A stretch of DNA of 63,024 nt, counting the filler, from Octopus bimaculoides (Eukaryota): the NCBI RefSeq assembly GCF_001194135.2. It is 10 parts of 10 records of this genome, joined end to end, with 100 filler letters (N's around TTAATTAATTAA, not from the genome) between each part and the next. Parts side by side here need not be neighbours in the genome. Positions count along the whole stretch, not along the records: positions 59,633 to 63,024 come from NC_068981.1; 9 more parts are not named here. One strand, written 5' to 3'. The position numbers were made by a program, and so were the translations under genes. Position 1 is the first letter of the stretch; each line of letters opens with the position of its first letter. Under the pieces are notes generated by a model that saw only the letters and a program-made list of their open reading frames with translations, had not been told where the DNA came from and did not search any database. Below are positions 61,719 to 63,024 of the stretch, piece after piece.

Positions 61719-62460
61719 ACAATATTATATACTGCGTAGATCAATGAAAATCAGGTGCGGTCACCGATGAGATGTCCCAAATTGCAACAATGCCAGTCAG
61801 ACTGCTCAAGCAGCACCAGCAGCAGTAGCAGCACCACCACCACCACAGTACCACCGCTTTTCCAGAATACTCCTTAATACACTATTAAGACGGCCTGAGC
61901 CCGGAATACTTAAACAGGATTATACATCACCGTGAATTTCGATTATGGTGTTGTTGCTGTTATTGTAGCTGTTGGTGTGGTTTAGAGCCAGATGATTCCT
62001 GCTCATTTCTTTAATGAGTGAAAACAACAATGAAAGTAAGGTCTTACTGAATTTAGGCTATTCAGGAAGTTATGGTTTTTAGAGGAAGATCGATACAGAT
62101 TAATAATTCTTATAAAACTTAGCCGTCACTCGCAACCGAGTATGATCTCGAAGCTTTGGTCTTTGTTGAAGAAACTCGGATCAAATAACGGAAGGTTTAT
62201 GACATAATGCCCTGACCTATTTATTGATAATCGGATACAACTTTATGGTGAAGGTTTCACTTTGTCCATTCGAACCCAACTATATTACTGACCCTGAACA
62301 TTTTCTTTTAGTTTCCTTCCTGTCTTGTGAAATGTAAACAAAAAGAACAATCTGCGTAGAGAATTCGAACTTGAAACGCTGTAGTTCAACAGCAAAGATT
62401 ATCTTCAGTTTTGTATTTTTGAAAGCAAATGTTTTTGCGTTTGTTTACTTAGCTAAAAAT

Positions 62461-62536
<76 letters not shown>

Positions 62537-63024
62537 AGAGGGAGAGAGAGAATGGAGCAGAGAAACAAACAATGGTAGCAAACTGAAGCTCATCAGATCT
62601 GAGATAGCGATACACTACAGGTAGGCAACATTATGTCCAAACCACGTTTTGCCTTATTTCTCTCCTTCTGCACGTTTGAGTAAATTTAATCATCAGTATG
62701 GTGGAATATGCTAGAAGCCAAAATGGTGAAGTCACTAAGGTAGACACGTATCTGATCACGATTAATTCTGCATCACCTCAGTTCACTTAGCTGTCGGCAA
62801 TATATGACAGATTTTTCTGGGAACAGATCAATAGGATTCATCATGGATGGATACCCCTAATCGAGGGATAAATATTCATAAAATATGGAATACACATCCA
62901 CTCAGCCATATATATATATATACATACATAAACACATATATGTATGTGTGTATGTACATATATGCATATATATGTATGTATGTGTGTGTGTATATATATG
63001 TATATATATATTTATATATATATA

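Noticed and set aside
62690-62745. Possible mini-exon MVEYARSQNGEVTK with AG/GTAGAC
   Set aside because: Poor acceptor, too short, no homology recognised

Overview
Repeat-saturated, AT-rich, gappy (about 8 kb of N, ~12-13%) non-coding window from an invertebrate genome. The tRNA-headed SINE families, TA/TG/TCTA/TAA microsatellite load and LINE set are what I recognise from octopus (coleoid cephalopod) assemblies; the species is inferred, not verified. I found no intact host protein-coding gene, rRNA, true tRNA or CRISPR array, and nearly all ORFs in the track are microsatellite or N artefacts. Recognisable content is a transposon graveyard. It holds three or more SINE families (~25 copies) and LINE fragments of the RTE, L1/Tx1, R4/Dong, CR1/L2-group and probably CRE types. 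There are also two Gypsy remnants plus a separate LTR, Tc1, mariner and hAT relics, several MITE/foldback elements, and Penelope-type minimal hammerhead ribozyme motifs. The most notable signals are: (i) an RTE LINE whose open C-terminus carries three C2H2 zinc fingers rather than one; (ii) a near-canonical hammerhead next to a 53-bp perfect-type inverted duplication; (iii) one SINE head/core joined to two different LINE-derived tails, with both donor LINE 3' ends present in the window; (iv) two Dong/R4 insertions in (TAA)n tracts abutting SINE tails; (v) an RTE copy with twin-priming-type 5' inversion; (vi) a mosaic of CpG-eroded and CpG-retaining domains that may mark a hidden gene body.
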